Positions 29,231 through 38,906 of a stretch of DNA of 64,000 nucleotides are shown here, one piece after another. How positions within the stretch are numbered: position 1 is the stretch's first letter; each line of letters begins with the position of its first letter. The notes under the pieces were generated by a model that was given only the letters and a program-made list of their open reading frames with translations, had not been told where the DNA came from and searched no databases. The position numbers and the translations under genes are program-made. Origin of the DNA: a virus; the IMG/VR virus record IMGVR_UViG_3300045988_145033, positions 114,693 through 178,692 of that record; one strand, given 5' to 3'.

Positions 29231-29935
29231 TTAATTTCCAGTTAATTCTCTAGCTCTTTTTGCAAAGTCTGTAAAATTTTGACTTTGATATTGAACTGAA
29301 GTTACAACGTGGTCCACTCTTTTGATTTGGTTGTTATACCATTGAATAGCTTCTTGCGGACCATATGTTCTTTCTATTCCGTTTTTGATAGATGCGATAT
29401 GTTGTAAGAAATCTTTAGATTGTCCTAATATTAATATCTTATCATCACCTTGAATAGTGAATGGAATAAATATAGCCATTCTATCCCAAGTAATCATTAC
29501 TTGTCCGGAATAGTCATTGAAGTATATCATATAAACATAGTGTCTTCTAACTCCAATACTATCAGCATACTTATCTACTCTAGCTACAGTATCTCCAATA
29601 CTGTATCCTTTATAAGTAGATTGTAATACCTTATTAGTTATAGATAAATCAAATTCATTGAAATCTCTAACATCCCACGCTTCAGTATCATTTATATAAT
29701 ACTTAACGTAATTAAGATATTCAGATGAAGATAAATAACTGTAGTCTACATTACTCGCGTATCCCACATCTTGATTCTTTCTACCAGCACAATAAGCATC
29801 ACAACTTACAAACATTAAACTCATTACCATAACCATTAAAACCTTTACTAATTTTTTCATAATAAATACCTCCATAAATTTTTTATTTTGCTTTCGGATA
29901 TTTCCGTCGCTTACGTTTATTATATATGTATACAA
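29231..29935 (-). CDS. secreted/lipoprotein (signal peptide with LMFVSC lipobox-like site)
   Basis: N-terminal K-rich/hydrophobic signal then Cys. Confidence 0.5.
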   Translation of the reverse strand: MYTYIINVSDGNIRKQNKKFMEVFIMKKLVKVLMVMVMSLMFVSCDAYCAGRKNQDVGYASNVDYSYLSSSEYLNYVKYYINDTEAWDVRDFNEFDLSITNKVLQSTYKGYSIGDTVARVDKYADSIGVRRHYVYMIYFNDYSGQVMITWDRMAIFIPFTIQGDDKILILGQSKDFLQHIASIKNGIERTYGPQEAIQWYNNQIKRVDHVVTSVQYQSQNFTDFAKRARELTGN

Positions 29936-29955
29936 AAAAGAAAGGTGTAAGTAAA

Positions 29956-30297
29956 TTACACCAATCCTTTTAGTGATTTGAATTTTTTAATTAGGTTATA
30001 GACCTTAACCAAATCGCTTTGAGATAGACTAACTATCTCACTATTTATTTCAGAAATGTAATCTACCAAATCCTCACATAAAAGGTAACGGATATCTACC
30101 TTCAATGCTCTTGACAAGTTAGATAAAGATGAGACCTTAATTTTCTTAAACACACAAGTCTCGTACTTGTGAACTTGCATATATGTCTCTCCAATTAAGT
30201 CACCAAGTTCACTTTGAGAAAGCCCTAATCTAGTTCTTTCTCTGAAAATCCTTCTTGCCATTTCTCTAGTCAATTCCACTCTTAGTATTGCTGTCAT
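29956..30297 (-). CDS. XRE-family helix-turn-helix transcriptional regulator
   Basis: RLGLSQSELGDLIGETYMQVHKYE HTH; promoter-like motif 30368-30390. Confidence 0.6.
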   Translation of the reverse strand: MTAILRVELTREMARRIFRERTRLGLSQSELGDLIGETYMQVHKYETCVFKKIKVSSLSNLSRALKVDIRYLLCEDLVDYISEINSEIVSLSQSDLVKVYNLIKKFKSLKGLV

Positions 30298-30367
30298 ATC
30301 TAGTACCTCCTTAAGGGTATTAAATTATCCCGATGAGTTCTTAAGCCTTCTTAAGTTTACTCTTGGG

Positions 30368-30390
30368 TCTACATTTATTATATATAATTG
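30368..30390 (-). promoter_or_regulatory. promoter-like motif TATATATAATAAATGTAGAC upstream of HTH gene
   Basis: Shared motif. Confidence 0.35.
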
Positions 30391-30402
30391 AAAAAAAAAC
30401 GT

Positions 30403-30783
30403 CTATTTTCGTATTTCTATAAATCTATCTCCTTTATATACTATGACTTCTATAAGAGATTTATATTCATCTTGTATTTCAAATAGTATAGTAAATCTAG
30501 GTTCATTTTCGGTATATACACCTTTTGCTTTAGTTTCTTTATATAGACGTATATTAGATATATCTCTCATAGATACTTCTAATACCTTTACATCTTTATG
30601 ATATTTATTAATATAATAAACTGTAAGCTCATTCACGTACTCATCTACGGTTTTAACAACTGGTGGCTTAGGTCTCATAATAGACATATTAATATTTAAA
30701 ATTGTTATACCTATTGATGCGAATATTCCTAGTACAAGAAAAAGGGACACAATATCCCTTTTAGTAATTTTTTGTAAATTCAT
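30403..30783 (-). CDS. membrane protein (N-terminal TM)
   Basis: ORF with AGGAGG RBS; hydrophobic N-term. Confidence 0.5.
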   Translation of the reverse strand: MNLQKITKRDIVSLFLVLGIFASIGITILNINMSIMRPKPPVVKTVDEYVNELTVYYINKYHKDVKVLEVSMRDISNIRLYKETKAKGVYTENEPRFTILFEIQDEYKSLIEVIVYKGDRFIEIRK

Positions 30784-30795
30784 TATATAACCTCC

Positions 30796-32115
30796 TTAAA
30801 ATATCTCATCTAACATATTTCTCATTTTAGTGACTTCAGCAAGGTTATCTACGTGTCTTGTATACTTTTCAAAGTTCTTAGCGTATACTTCAAATACTTT
30901 TCTTCTAAAAGCTTCGTCTTCCATAAACTTAGGGAAGAAGTCTTTTCTATAAAATTTATTTTCTTTGTCTCCTTTTAAATACTTATAAGAACCAGCGTCT
31001 TCTAAAACTGTATGAGTTGACATCATATCAACTATAGTTGACATAAGTGGATTAAATCCATAAAGTGGGTCAGCTACTATACAGAATTTAGTTGTAGCAT
31101 CGTGCATAGCAAATCTTGATTTATACACATTACATTCAACTGTCTTTGAGTCAGGAACTTTAAGTCCTAAATCTTCTTCAAGTTTTGCTGCACTATCATA
31201 TTTATACTTATTAAGTATTACACCAAACTCAGTTTCGAACTCAAGTTGTTTTCCACCAGAGATATTAACTTTCTTATCAAGTACAGCATAAGACTTTTGA
31301 GAATAAGTTACGTCCATTCCAATCTTTTCACCGACGTGTACTATCGCAAATAGCATAATATTAGCTTCTAGCATAAATGGTCTCATTTGTTCTAAATACA
31401 TTCCATTGAAGTTATTTCTTCTTGCGTGGAAAGTGTTAGAAGCTTCGTCTGTTATATCAAGTTGTGTACTTCTAAGCTGTGTCCACGAATCGACCACAAG
31501 AACTGTAGGAACGTACTTCTTTGTAGGTTCGCCGTCCATATTTATAGTATCATACATAAATTTATCAGGAGCTTCAGTCTTTAATTTATATAAATCCATA
31601 ACTAACTTAAATAAGCCTTCGATAGATGTGTGCTTTTTATGTCTGTGAGTTATTCTTATAAGATTATTACGAATAGCATCGTTTCCTAACCCACAACACA
31701 CTTGCATCCAGTCAGCTTCTAAACCTTCTTCGGGAGTAAAGTATTCTATCCAAGATGGCATACCTTTTTGTATGAATGGTCTCACAATATTACCCGCTAT
31801 ATTCATTGCAAATACCGATTTACCTTTATGTGTAGTTCCACCTATAGTAAATAGAACCCCATCTCTTAATCCTCTATTTTTAATAATCTTATCTTTGTCT
31901 ACTCTACTTGGATTATTTCTACCTAAAAAGAAATCAATAGTCATAAATCCTGTAGGATAGCAAACTCTATTTAAGTTATACTCTGCTCTTTTATCTCTTA
32001 CTTTTTGATATTTCTTAAGCTCCTCATCAAGTTGATTTGAAATCTTCATCTCGATTTCTTCCATTTGTTTTATTTCTTCTTCTGTCATATCTTGAAAGTC
32101 TTCTTTGATAGCCAT
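30796..32115 (-). CDS. RecA/UvsX-family recombinase
   Basis: PTGFMTIDFFLG...GVLFTIGGTTHKGKS (RecA TGSLSLDIALG...GPESSGKTT pattern), Walker B VLVVDSWTQL, LFAIVHV. Confidence 0.6.
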   Translation of the reverse strand: MAIKEDFQDMTEEEIKQMEEIEMKISNQLDEELKKYQKVRDKRAEYNLNRVCYPTGFMTIDFFLGRNNPSRVDKDKIIKNRGLRDGVLFTIGGTTHKGKSVFAMNIAGNIVRPFIQKGMPSWIEYFTPEEGLEADWMQVCCGLGNDAIRNNLIRITHRHKKHTSIEGLFKLVMDLYKLKTEAPDKFMYDTINMDGEPTKKYVPTVLVVDSWTQLRSTQLDITDEASNTFHARRNNFNGMYLEQMRPFMLEANIMLFAIVHVGEKIGMDVTYSQKSYAVLDKKVNISGGKQLEFETEFGVILNKYKYDSAAKLEEDLGLKVPDSKTVECNVYKSRFAMHDATTKFCIVADPLYGFNPLMSTIVDMMSTHTVLEDAGSYKYLKGDKENKFYRKDFFPKFMEDEAFRRKVFEVYAKNFEKYTRHVDNLAEVTKMRNMLDEIF

Positions 32116-32388
32116 TTATTCATCTTCTCCTTCTTCTCCGTCTTTTATTACATTGTCAATCCTGTCTTTGATATCGTAAGTAAAACTCATATTTCTTGAA
32201 TTTAATGTAACTATACTTCCAGCATTTACTAAGATATCTGTGAGCACATCTGTACTATCTTCAGTCATATTTCGAGTACACACATTTATAATTCTTTCGA
32301 TAAACTTTAATATCTCTGTATTATTCTTGGAGATATTATCAGCATTTACTCGTATTAAATCATACTCCCCTTTTAAATATAAACCCAT
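32116..32388 (-). CDS. small hypothetical protein
   Basis: 90-aa ORF, GGAGG RBS. Confidence 0.45.
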   Translation of the reverse strand: MGLYLKGEYDLIRVNADNISKNNTEILKFIERIINVCTRNMTEDSTDVLTDILVNAGSIVTLNSRNMSFTYDIKDRIDNVIKDGEEGEDE

Positions 32389-32442
32389 TTGTTGCCTCCT
32401 TTTTAAATTAATCTAAAATCGTGTTCCTTGCAAAAGACAAAA

Positions 32443-32466
32443 AATATGGGGTTTTCACCCCATATT
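32443..32466 (-). terminator. terminator AATATGGGG-TTTTCA-CCCCATATT
   Basis: Hairpin + T-tract. Confidence 0.6.
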
Positions 32467-33486
32467 ATAAACTATTTTTCCTTTTAATATATTATTTGCT
32501 TCTTTCCTTGAAAGTCCTAAAGCTACCATATTATTTACAAGTTTAGTTCTATAACTATTTGCATAATATTTAGGAGAACCACAATACTCTCCCATAGCTC
32601 TATCGTAGCTTCCGTGCTTTTTAAGATACTTAAAATATCCTAGCATATACTCTATACTAACCATAGGGTCTTTTAATCTTTCGTGGTTATACGGAGTATT
32701 GTAACCAAGTACATTACTATGTATATACTCTCCTGTACCTCTTACTATTTGTCCTAAGCCTGTTGCTGATGATTTCTTATTTTTAGCACTAGCATAGAAG
32801 TTTGATTCTCCCGCAACTATTCCTAAAACTACATAAGGATTTACATTATATTCTCTTGCCTTATCAAATACATCATCTAAGAAGTCATAAGTCATATAAG
32901 ATACATCTCTTCCATATGATTTAGCTTTAGCTATTATTATATCATATTTTGCATATTTATTCAGAAGTCTAGCTTCATTCTTTTCAACTTCTTTTTCTAT
33001 CTCTTCTTTATACTCTGATTTAGTTTCAGGTATCTTAAGTTTCCCATTTATTATATCAATTTCTACATCTCTATAATACATAGTAGGAAAGCTTATATGG
33101 TATACACTACCAAGTGGAGTTAGATTAAATACCTTTTTAACTGAAGCATCTTTTCCTTTTGGTTTATATACTTGCTTCGCTTCTTTATGCTCTCCTATAG
33201 TCTTTATTTCTTTTTCTTCTATTTCTTTACCACTTTTAACTATAACCGCATCTTTTTTAGATTCTAAATCTGCTATTTTCTTTTTAAGTTCAATATTTTC
33301 TTTTGTAGCAACGTCAAGCTCATACTTTGCATTTTCTAAATCCATTTTAATTCTATTAGCTTCTTTCTTTCCAGCATGAGAAGCTATCATATAAGTCATT
33401 GCAAAGTTCATTATAAATATTATACCCGTAAATAGTATAAACATTTTGAACGCCCGTTTATTTAATTTTCCTTTATTATCTACCAT
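32455..33486 (-). CDS. membrane-anchored lytic transglycosylase (SLT domain) with coiled-coil spacer
   Basis: N-terminal TM, coiled coil, C-terminal AGESNF...ATGLGQI SLT motifs. Confidence 0.6.
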   Translation of the reverse strand: MVDNKGKLNKRAFKMFILFTGIIFIMNFAMTYMIASHAGKKEANRIKMDLENAKYELDVATKENIELKKKIADLESKKDAVIVKSGKEIEEKEIKTIGEHKEAKQVYKPKGKDASVKKVFNLTPLGSVYHISFPTMYYRDVEIDIINGKLKIPETKSEYKEEIEKEVEKNEARLLNKYAKYDIIIAKAKSYGRDVSYMTYDFLDDVFDKAREYNVNPYVVLGIVAGESNFYASAKNKKSSATGLGQIVRGTGEYIHSNVLGYNTPYNHERLKDPMVSIEYMLGYFKYLKKHGSYDRAMGEYCGSPKYYANSYRTKLVNNMVALGLSRKEANNILKGKIVYNMG

Positions 33487-33497
33487 TATTATACCTC

Positions 33498-34181
33498 CTA
33501 GTAATCTTTATCTAAAAATCCCGGCTCTATACCCATACCGTAGTAACAAGCCGTAATGTATTTAAGTGCTACTTTGCCATCTTCAGGTGCTTCAGGAATA
33601 TTAGTTCTTCCTGTATTTCTTATATTAGTATATGCTTCCTTTTTAGCTATATCATTATCTGCTCTAAAAGTAAACATTTCTTCTATAACTTTTTCATATC
33701 CTCCAGATAGAAGTTGAGCAACTTCGTTATCTGAAATACCTGCACCTTTTGAACCGTTTACAACTTGGTTAGTCTTATCTCTCATTACTATATCTTCAGA
33801 GTGACGGTTTTCCCCTTGAGCCGTTTGCATAAGCTTTATAACAGGAACACGAAGTATTATCTGTTTCTTGTCTGATATGGGTGCTCCTATTTCTGGGTCA
33901 TTCATCATAAAAGGCATAGTAACTCTTTCCTCTAAATTACGTCCAAGCACTTCTTTATAAGACTTTGCAATATTTGCTAAAGTAAAAGTCTTTTCAAGTG
34001 GAAGCTCTTTTACTCTCATAACTCCCTCTTTTAGAAACGCTTTAAACTCATTATCGTCCATAGCTCCAAATAATACTTTATAATGATTATAATTTGCAGC
34101 CTTTTTTGTATCTCCACCTTCAGCTATAAGTAACATATCTAAAAGTCTTTTCTTACATTTTTCTATTTTAGCATCAGCCAT
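33498..34181 (-). CDS. hypothetical protein
   Basis: ORF. Confidence 0.5.
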   Translation of the reverse strand: MADAKIEKCKKRLLDMLLIAEGGDTKKAANYNHYKVLFGAMDDNEFKAFLKEGVMRVKELPLEKTFTLANIAKSYKEVLGRNLEERVTMPFMMNDPEIGAPISDKKQIILRVPVIKLMQTAQGENRHSEDIVMRDKTNQVVNGSKGAGISDNEVAQLLSGGYEKVIEEMFTFRADNDIAKKEAYTNIRNTGRTNIPEAPEDGKVALKYITACYYGMGIEPGFLDKDY

Positions 34182-34190
34182 TTAAACCTC

Positions 34191-35339
34191 CTAACTCATC
34201 TTAACGATGATATCATATATTAAAACTATGTGTAGCTTTAAAAAGCTTCTTGGGAACTCTCTTCCTCTTATTTGATATTTAGCTTTCATTGCTTCAGGAA
34301 ACGTCATATCAATATGCTTTGCTTTTGCTACTATTCCTACGAAGTTACGCTTCATCGCTTCAAATGAAAATGATGGAGCTTTTTCTCCATAGAAATCAAC
34401 TAGATACTCACAGTAAGTAATTACATCTTTTAAATGTTCTTCATATATCTTTTTAAATTCTTCATAATACATAGTATTATTTGTACGACGAACGAGTGAT
34501 GCGTCAAGTCCTAATGATAACTTTTCAGCAATTTGTGCTTTAAGCGAAGCAAGTTTTATAGTTTCGTTTTCTACAGTTATATTAGTTTCTTCATCATATA
34601 CGTCCTTTTGGTCATATAATCTTTCGTTCTTGTATTGGTCATATAAATCTCTTACACCTCTCATATTATGATTTACACGAGTTCTTATACTCATCAAGAT
34701 ATATACAACAACATCATCTATTAAAAGCTCATCTTTTTTAAATTTATTTTTAATAAACTCATCTGTTACAGTTTTCATTATAGCCTTAACCATACCTAAA
34801 GATGAACCTTCAGATTTTAAAAGATACTTTTGTGACATTACTGGTTTATTATCTTTCATTCCATATACTATAAATCTCATTATCCCCGGATTTAAACTAC
34901 CATTTTTAGTATAGTATTTATACATAAGTCCAGTTAAGAATTTAATACCTAGAAATTCTATAAACTCTCTTTTTCCAGTTTCTAAATAAGATATAAGTAA
35001 GGCTAAAGATAATGGGTCATTAGGAGTATCCCAGCCAAGTTTTAATATTCTATGTGTATGAGCAAATGCTCTAAACTCACCCTCATCAATTCCATAAGCC
35101 TGCATGAATTTTCTTCTTTCTCCATTTCCAAATACAACAAGTTCAAGAAGTGGAGTAGCAAGAGCATCAGCATTTCTTGTCATATAATCAGCTATCAGTC
35201 TTAGAACTTGTGGGTGCTTCTTAGTTATGTCTTTACCGCCGAAAAACTCATATATTTCTCTTGTAGCTTCTTTTGGGTCATAGACTTTCAGATTAATATC
35301 TGAACTTTTCTTTTCTATGTCCTTATCGTTAAACTTCAT
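34191..35339 (-). CDS. hypothetical protein
   Basis: ORF. Confidence 0.5.
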   Translation of the reverse strand: MKFNDKDIEKKSSDINLKVYDPKEATREIYEFFGGKDITKKHPQVLRLIADYMTRNADALATPLLELVVFGNGERRKFMQAYGIDEGEFRAFAHTHRILKLGWDTPNDPLSLALLISYLETGKREFIEFLGIKFLTGLMYKYYTKNGSLNPGIMRFIVYGMKDNKPVMSQKYLLKSEGSSLGMVKAIMKTVTDEFIKNKFKKDELLIDDVVVYILMSIRTRVNHNMRGVRDLYDQYKNERLYDQKDVYDEETNITVENETIKLASLKAQIAEKLSLGLDASLVRRTNNTMYYEEFKKIYEEHLKDVITYCEYLVDFYGEKAPSFSFEAMKRNFVGIVAKAKHIDMTFPEAMKAKYQIRGREFPRSFLKLHIVLIYDIIVKMS

Positions 35340-35424
35340 AAATTATCACCTCTTTCTCAAAAAAATGTTAGTGACAGATATGAAAACCAAAAATAAAGGG
35401 TGAGGATAAACCCCACCCAATATT

Positions 35425-36258
35425 TTATCTTTTCTTTAAGCTACCTTTGAAACTTGGTTTTTCAACCGAACCTTCACCAGCTTTATTTATAGCGTTACCT
35501 GTTCCAAAAGGAGATTTGAATTCCTCTCTTCTTATTGGACCATGTGCTGTAAGTCTTGGACCGAAACTTTCACGTTTGTTAATTTCTGTAAAAGTTTCAA
35601 CTATTTCACTACCTTCAACGAAAGCATCAGCCGCAGTTGTTGCAGGTACGACACTAGCTTGACTTGCTATCTTACCATTAGTAAGATTAATTAAGTCTTG
35701 GAATATACCGATTTCCCCGTCGATATATTGTAAGAAGTTCGCTCTTGTATATTTCATAGCGTCTTCTGTTAAAAGTCTTAGTGCATAGTTTTGTCCTACG
35801 AATCCCTTGTATGCTGGGTTTTCCATACCAGAGTTCGCAACGTCAGTTAAAGTTCTTGCAGGTATTGACCAATATTGCATATCTTTAACCATTTTTAATA
35901 AGTCTCTCGCAGTTTCAAATAAGTTCAAAAGACTTCTTTGTTCTTCTCCAACCTTTACCATATTTGGTTGGAAAAATGTATAGGCATATTTACCAGTAGC
36001 TTCATTTTTAGCTACTCCATAAACAGTGCCTTTTAAAGTTAAAGTATCTTCACCAATTCTGTAAGTACGAGTTTCCTCTTTAATCTTTTGTAAAGATACC
36101 TCGAAACCTGATACGTTTCCTGTCGTATCGATTTTTGGAACAACCCCTATATCTAGTTGTCCCGGATTGATGTGTTCTATGATATCGTTTACTGATTCAC
36201 TGAACACTCCTTGCACATTTCTTGTTGATGGTTTGACATTCTTAAAGTTTACTGTCAT
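35425..36258 (-). CDS. hypothetical, probably abundant structural protein
   Basis: Promoter-like motif 36298-36321 and leader AAGGAGGAATTAAAAATGACA shared with 25913-27178. Confidence 0.55.
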   Translation of the reverse strand: MTVNFKNVKPSTRNVQGVFSESVNDIIEHINPGQLDIGVVPKIDTTGNVSGFEVSLQKIKEETRTYRIGEDTLTLKGTVYGVAKNEATGKYAYTFFQPNMVKVGEEQRSLLNLFETARDLLKMVKDMQYWSIPARTLTDVANSGMENPAYKGFVGQNYALRLLTEDAMKYTRANFLQYIDGEIGIFQDLINLTNGKIASQASVVPATTAADAFVEGSEIVETFTEINKRESFGPRLTAHGPIRREEFKSPFGTGNAINKAGEGSVEKPSFKGSLKKR

Positions 36259-36297
36259 TTTTAATTCCTCCTTAAAATTTTTTATTTAACCTCTCGG

Positions 36298-36321
36298 TCT
36301 ACGTATATAATATATATTAAA
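36298..36321 (-). promoter_or_regulatory. promoter-like motif TATATATTATATACGTAGAC upstream of 35425-36258
   Basis: Shared motif. Confidence 0.4.
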
Positions 36322-37189
36322 AATCTGGAATGTTGATGAAGTCATTTAAGACTTCTCTCTCGAAGTCTTTTGTACATTTCAACTTTACAGACATTATTGT
36401 TGAAGGGATATTCCATACAGACGGAATATACGATTCAGTATATTGTTTGTGATTTTCTTCTTTTCTATTTTCCTTTAATTTTTCAAGAACTTTTTGTAAT
36501 ATATTTTTCTTAACTTTAATATACTTCTCATCAGCTTTATAAAGTAAATCCATAGGCATACTAAATACAGGACCTTCGTACACAGTTTCAAAAGTAGACA
36601 TAATTCTTTCTCCTACTTCTTTTGGAGAAAGCATATATCTTGTACCTCTACCTATATTAGTTCTAAGTCTATTATTAAAGTCAGTTATATTAGAAAGTAT
36701 TAAAGCTACGAACTCAGAGCATATAAAAGAAGTTTCATTTGCATATTTAGTTATTCTTTTCTTAGGTATCCAAGGAGCAAATCTTGCAAGTTTTCCAAAT
36801 GAATAAGATACCTTTTTATAGTTTTGCTTGAATTGCTCAATATTGTAAACCATCTTCTCATAGGTATCTATTGGAATAAATCTACGAGTTATCTTCATAT
36901 CTTGGTCTCTTGCGTGTTCAGGAAACTCAAATATACTCTCAACAGCAACACCATTATTTTTAGCTGTATTTCCTACAGATACAGTTTCATAATAATTCAT
37001 AGCAACTATAGCGTGAGAGTATTTAGAACGAGTAAAGGTTTTGATAACTTTAGATATCCAAGAAGAACCTGATGTAAGAATTACATATATCGGAACCATT
37101 CCATTATTAGTTGCAGCTTCTGAATATAATGTAGACGTTCTTAAAGGATTAAAGATTTCACTTTCAGCTATCTCTTTTAATATACTCAT
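36317..37189 (-). CDS. circularly permuted NlpC/P60-superfamily (LRAT/YaeF-like) hydrolase
   Basis: His-first YSHAIVAM then Cys ICSEFV (cf. NCEHFV); N-terminal LYSEAAT motif. Confidence 0.4.
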   Translation of the reverse strand: MSILKEIAESEIFNPLRTSTLYSEAATNNGMVPIYVILTSGSSWISKVIKTFTRSKYSHAIVAMNYYETVSVGNTAKNNGVAVESIFEFPEHARDQDMKITRRFIPIDTYEKMVYNIEQFKQNYKKVSYSFGKLARFAPWIPKKRITKYANETSFICSEFVALILSNITDFNNRLRTNIGRGTRYMLSPKEVGERIMSTFETVYEGPVFSMPMDLLYKADEKYIKVKKNILQKVLEKLKENRKEENHKQYTESYIPSVWNIPSTIMSVKLKCTKDFEREVLNDFINIPDF

Positions 37190-38376
37190 TTCTTATCACC
37201 ATCTTTCTTAGCATCTTTTTCTATTATCTTATCAAGCTCATCTTCAGCTTCTTGTGATTTCTTATATGCCTTTTTGTAATCTTCGTGAATACACTTTCTT
37301 TTAAGAGCTTTAATCCATTCTTCTATAGAGTGCTCTTCTACAAACTTCTCACCTAAGATAATCTTTGATATTATATAAAGATTAGATTCTTTCTCGGTTC
37401 TATCCTTAAAAGTATCGTATGTCATCTTAGCACCTTTACAATAGAATACTTCTATATTTTCCTGAACCTTATCGCTTTCTATATATCTCATAAGATTAAC
37501 TGTAACCATATATCCCTTTGGTGGAAATATAAAGAAAGCAAATCCATCTTCTACATTTCTTATAGGTAGAGCAAAGTATTTATCCTTTTCTCCAGAACCT
37601 AATATAAATGCTGGAAATTCAACTCCTTCAAATTCTTTTGCGTATTTAGGTGGAGTAAACCAACCTTCACTATATAGTAAAGCGAAGTCTATTCTTGGTG
37701 GTATTACAACTCTTCCTTTCTTTATGAGTTTCTCTATGGTGATAAAAGTGGAATCGAGTGCTTTTACTTCTTTTTCTCCTTCTACTTGAACGTAGTTAAA
37801 ATTCCAGTTATCAAGTATCTCTTTAAAGATAGCGATATTCTTCTTTCTATCCTTTATAAAGTGTGGAGACATATTAGGATTATCAAGTCCGTCTTTTCCA
37901 GATATTATAAGATTTAAAGGTTTTACAAATATATCAGGAATATGATTTAAGTTCTTACCTTCAAACTTATAAGGAATAACAACAGAAGCTGGTGCTTCTA
38001 CTTCTTCTGAAGTATATCCTTTATTATCTAAGTATTCGAGTATTCCGTATTCAATATTTGATAATACTATCTTTTGTCCACCATCTTTAAACGTATAAGT
38101 TTTAGCTATACTTCTATTAGCCATAAGTTTATCCTTTTGAAATTCAGGAATACTAGCAAGATTGGTAGTTCCATATTTATCAAGCATTCTTTTATTTCTT
38201 ATCTCTACATACTTCTTGACACAATCATCTGAGCAAAATCTATTGTATCTTCCTTTCTCTTCATTCCAAGAAGTAGGCTTTTTACAGATGACGCATTTAC
38301 CTATATTTTTTCTATATTTATTACGCTCTAAAAACGCTTTTTGTTTCTCAGTCATATATAACTCCTTTCGGGACAA
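37186..38376 (-). CDS. hypothetical protein with N-terminal zinc ribbon (CVICKK...CSDDC)
   Basis: ORF, ATGA overlap with downstream gene. Confidence 0.5.
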   Translation of the reverse strand: MSRKELYMTEKQKAFLERNKYRKNIGKCVICKKPTSWNEEKGRYNRFCSDDCVKKYVEIRNKRMLDKYGTTNLASIPEFQKDKLMANRSIAKTYTFKDGGQKIVLSNIEYGILEYLDNKGYTSEEVEAPASVVIPYKFEGKNLNHIPDIFVKPLNLIISGKDGLDNPNMSPHFIKDRKKNIAIFKEILDNWNFNYVQVEGEKEVKALDSTFITIEKLIKKGRVVIPPRIDFALLYSEGWFTPPKYAKEFEGVEFPAFILGSGEKDKYFALPIRNVEDGFAFFIFPPKGYMVTVNLMRYIESDKVQENIEVFYCKGAKMTYDTFKDRTEKESNLYIISKIILGEKFVEEHSIEEWIKALKRKCIHEDYKKAYKKSQEAEDELDKIIEKDAKKDGDKK

Positions 38377-38446
38377 AACCCCTATTTCTCAACGAAATGT
38401 TTTAAAACAGCTGGGTAAATGGTATTTTTAAAGGAGGTGCATTGAA

Positions 38447-38893
38447 ATGAAAGCTGTTCCAATACCACAGAAAGATTTGATTAAATATATAGAAACTCCT
38501 ATGAGTTTATCTGAATTTAATAAAAATGAACGCTACGAGGATATTCGTGGCATTATAAATTTTCTTTTAAATTTAATAGTAATGGTGCCGGGAACTATAC
38601 CCGAGATGCCAGAAATGGGTTACGATTTGCATGGAAGAAGACACTTTATAATGAATGGAAAGTCTCTTATGAAGCAAACTGATGACCTTAAAAAACAAAT
38701 AGCACTATATTGCAATCATAATGCAATAACAGCAACTACTGTGTATCCTACAACTGACCATATAACAGGAGAGCAATCCGTTACAGTTATAGAAATAATG
38801 CTAGCAACTGGAGAGGTTGTAAAACTGTATGATGACGGTTATGATACAAAGATAGGCGTTAATATAATAGATGGAAAAGATTTTAGTAAATAA
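38447..38893 (+). CDS. gp25-like baseplate wedge protein (GPW/gp25 family)
   Basis: IRGIINFLLNLIVMVPGTIPEMPEMGYDLHGRRHF fits gp25 I..I..LL.T..GE.P..P.FG pattern; size 148 aa. Confidence 0.45.
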   Translation: MKAVPIPQKDLIKYIETPMSLSEFNKNERYEDIRGIINFLLNLIVMVPGTIPEMPEMGYDLHGRRHFIMNGKSLMKQTDDLKKQIALYCNHNAITATTVYPTTDHITGEQSVTVIEIMLATGEVVKLYDDGYDTKIGVNIIDGKDFSK

Positions 38894-38906
38894 GGAGGAA
38901 TAATTA

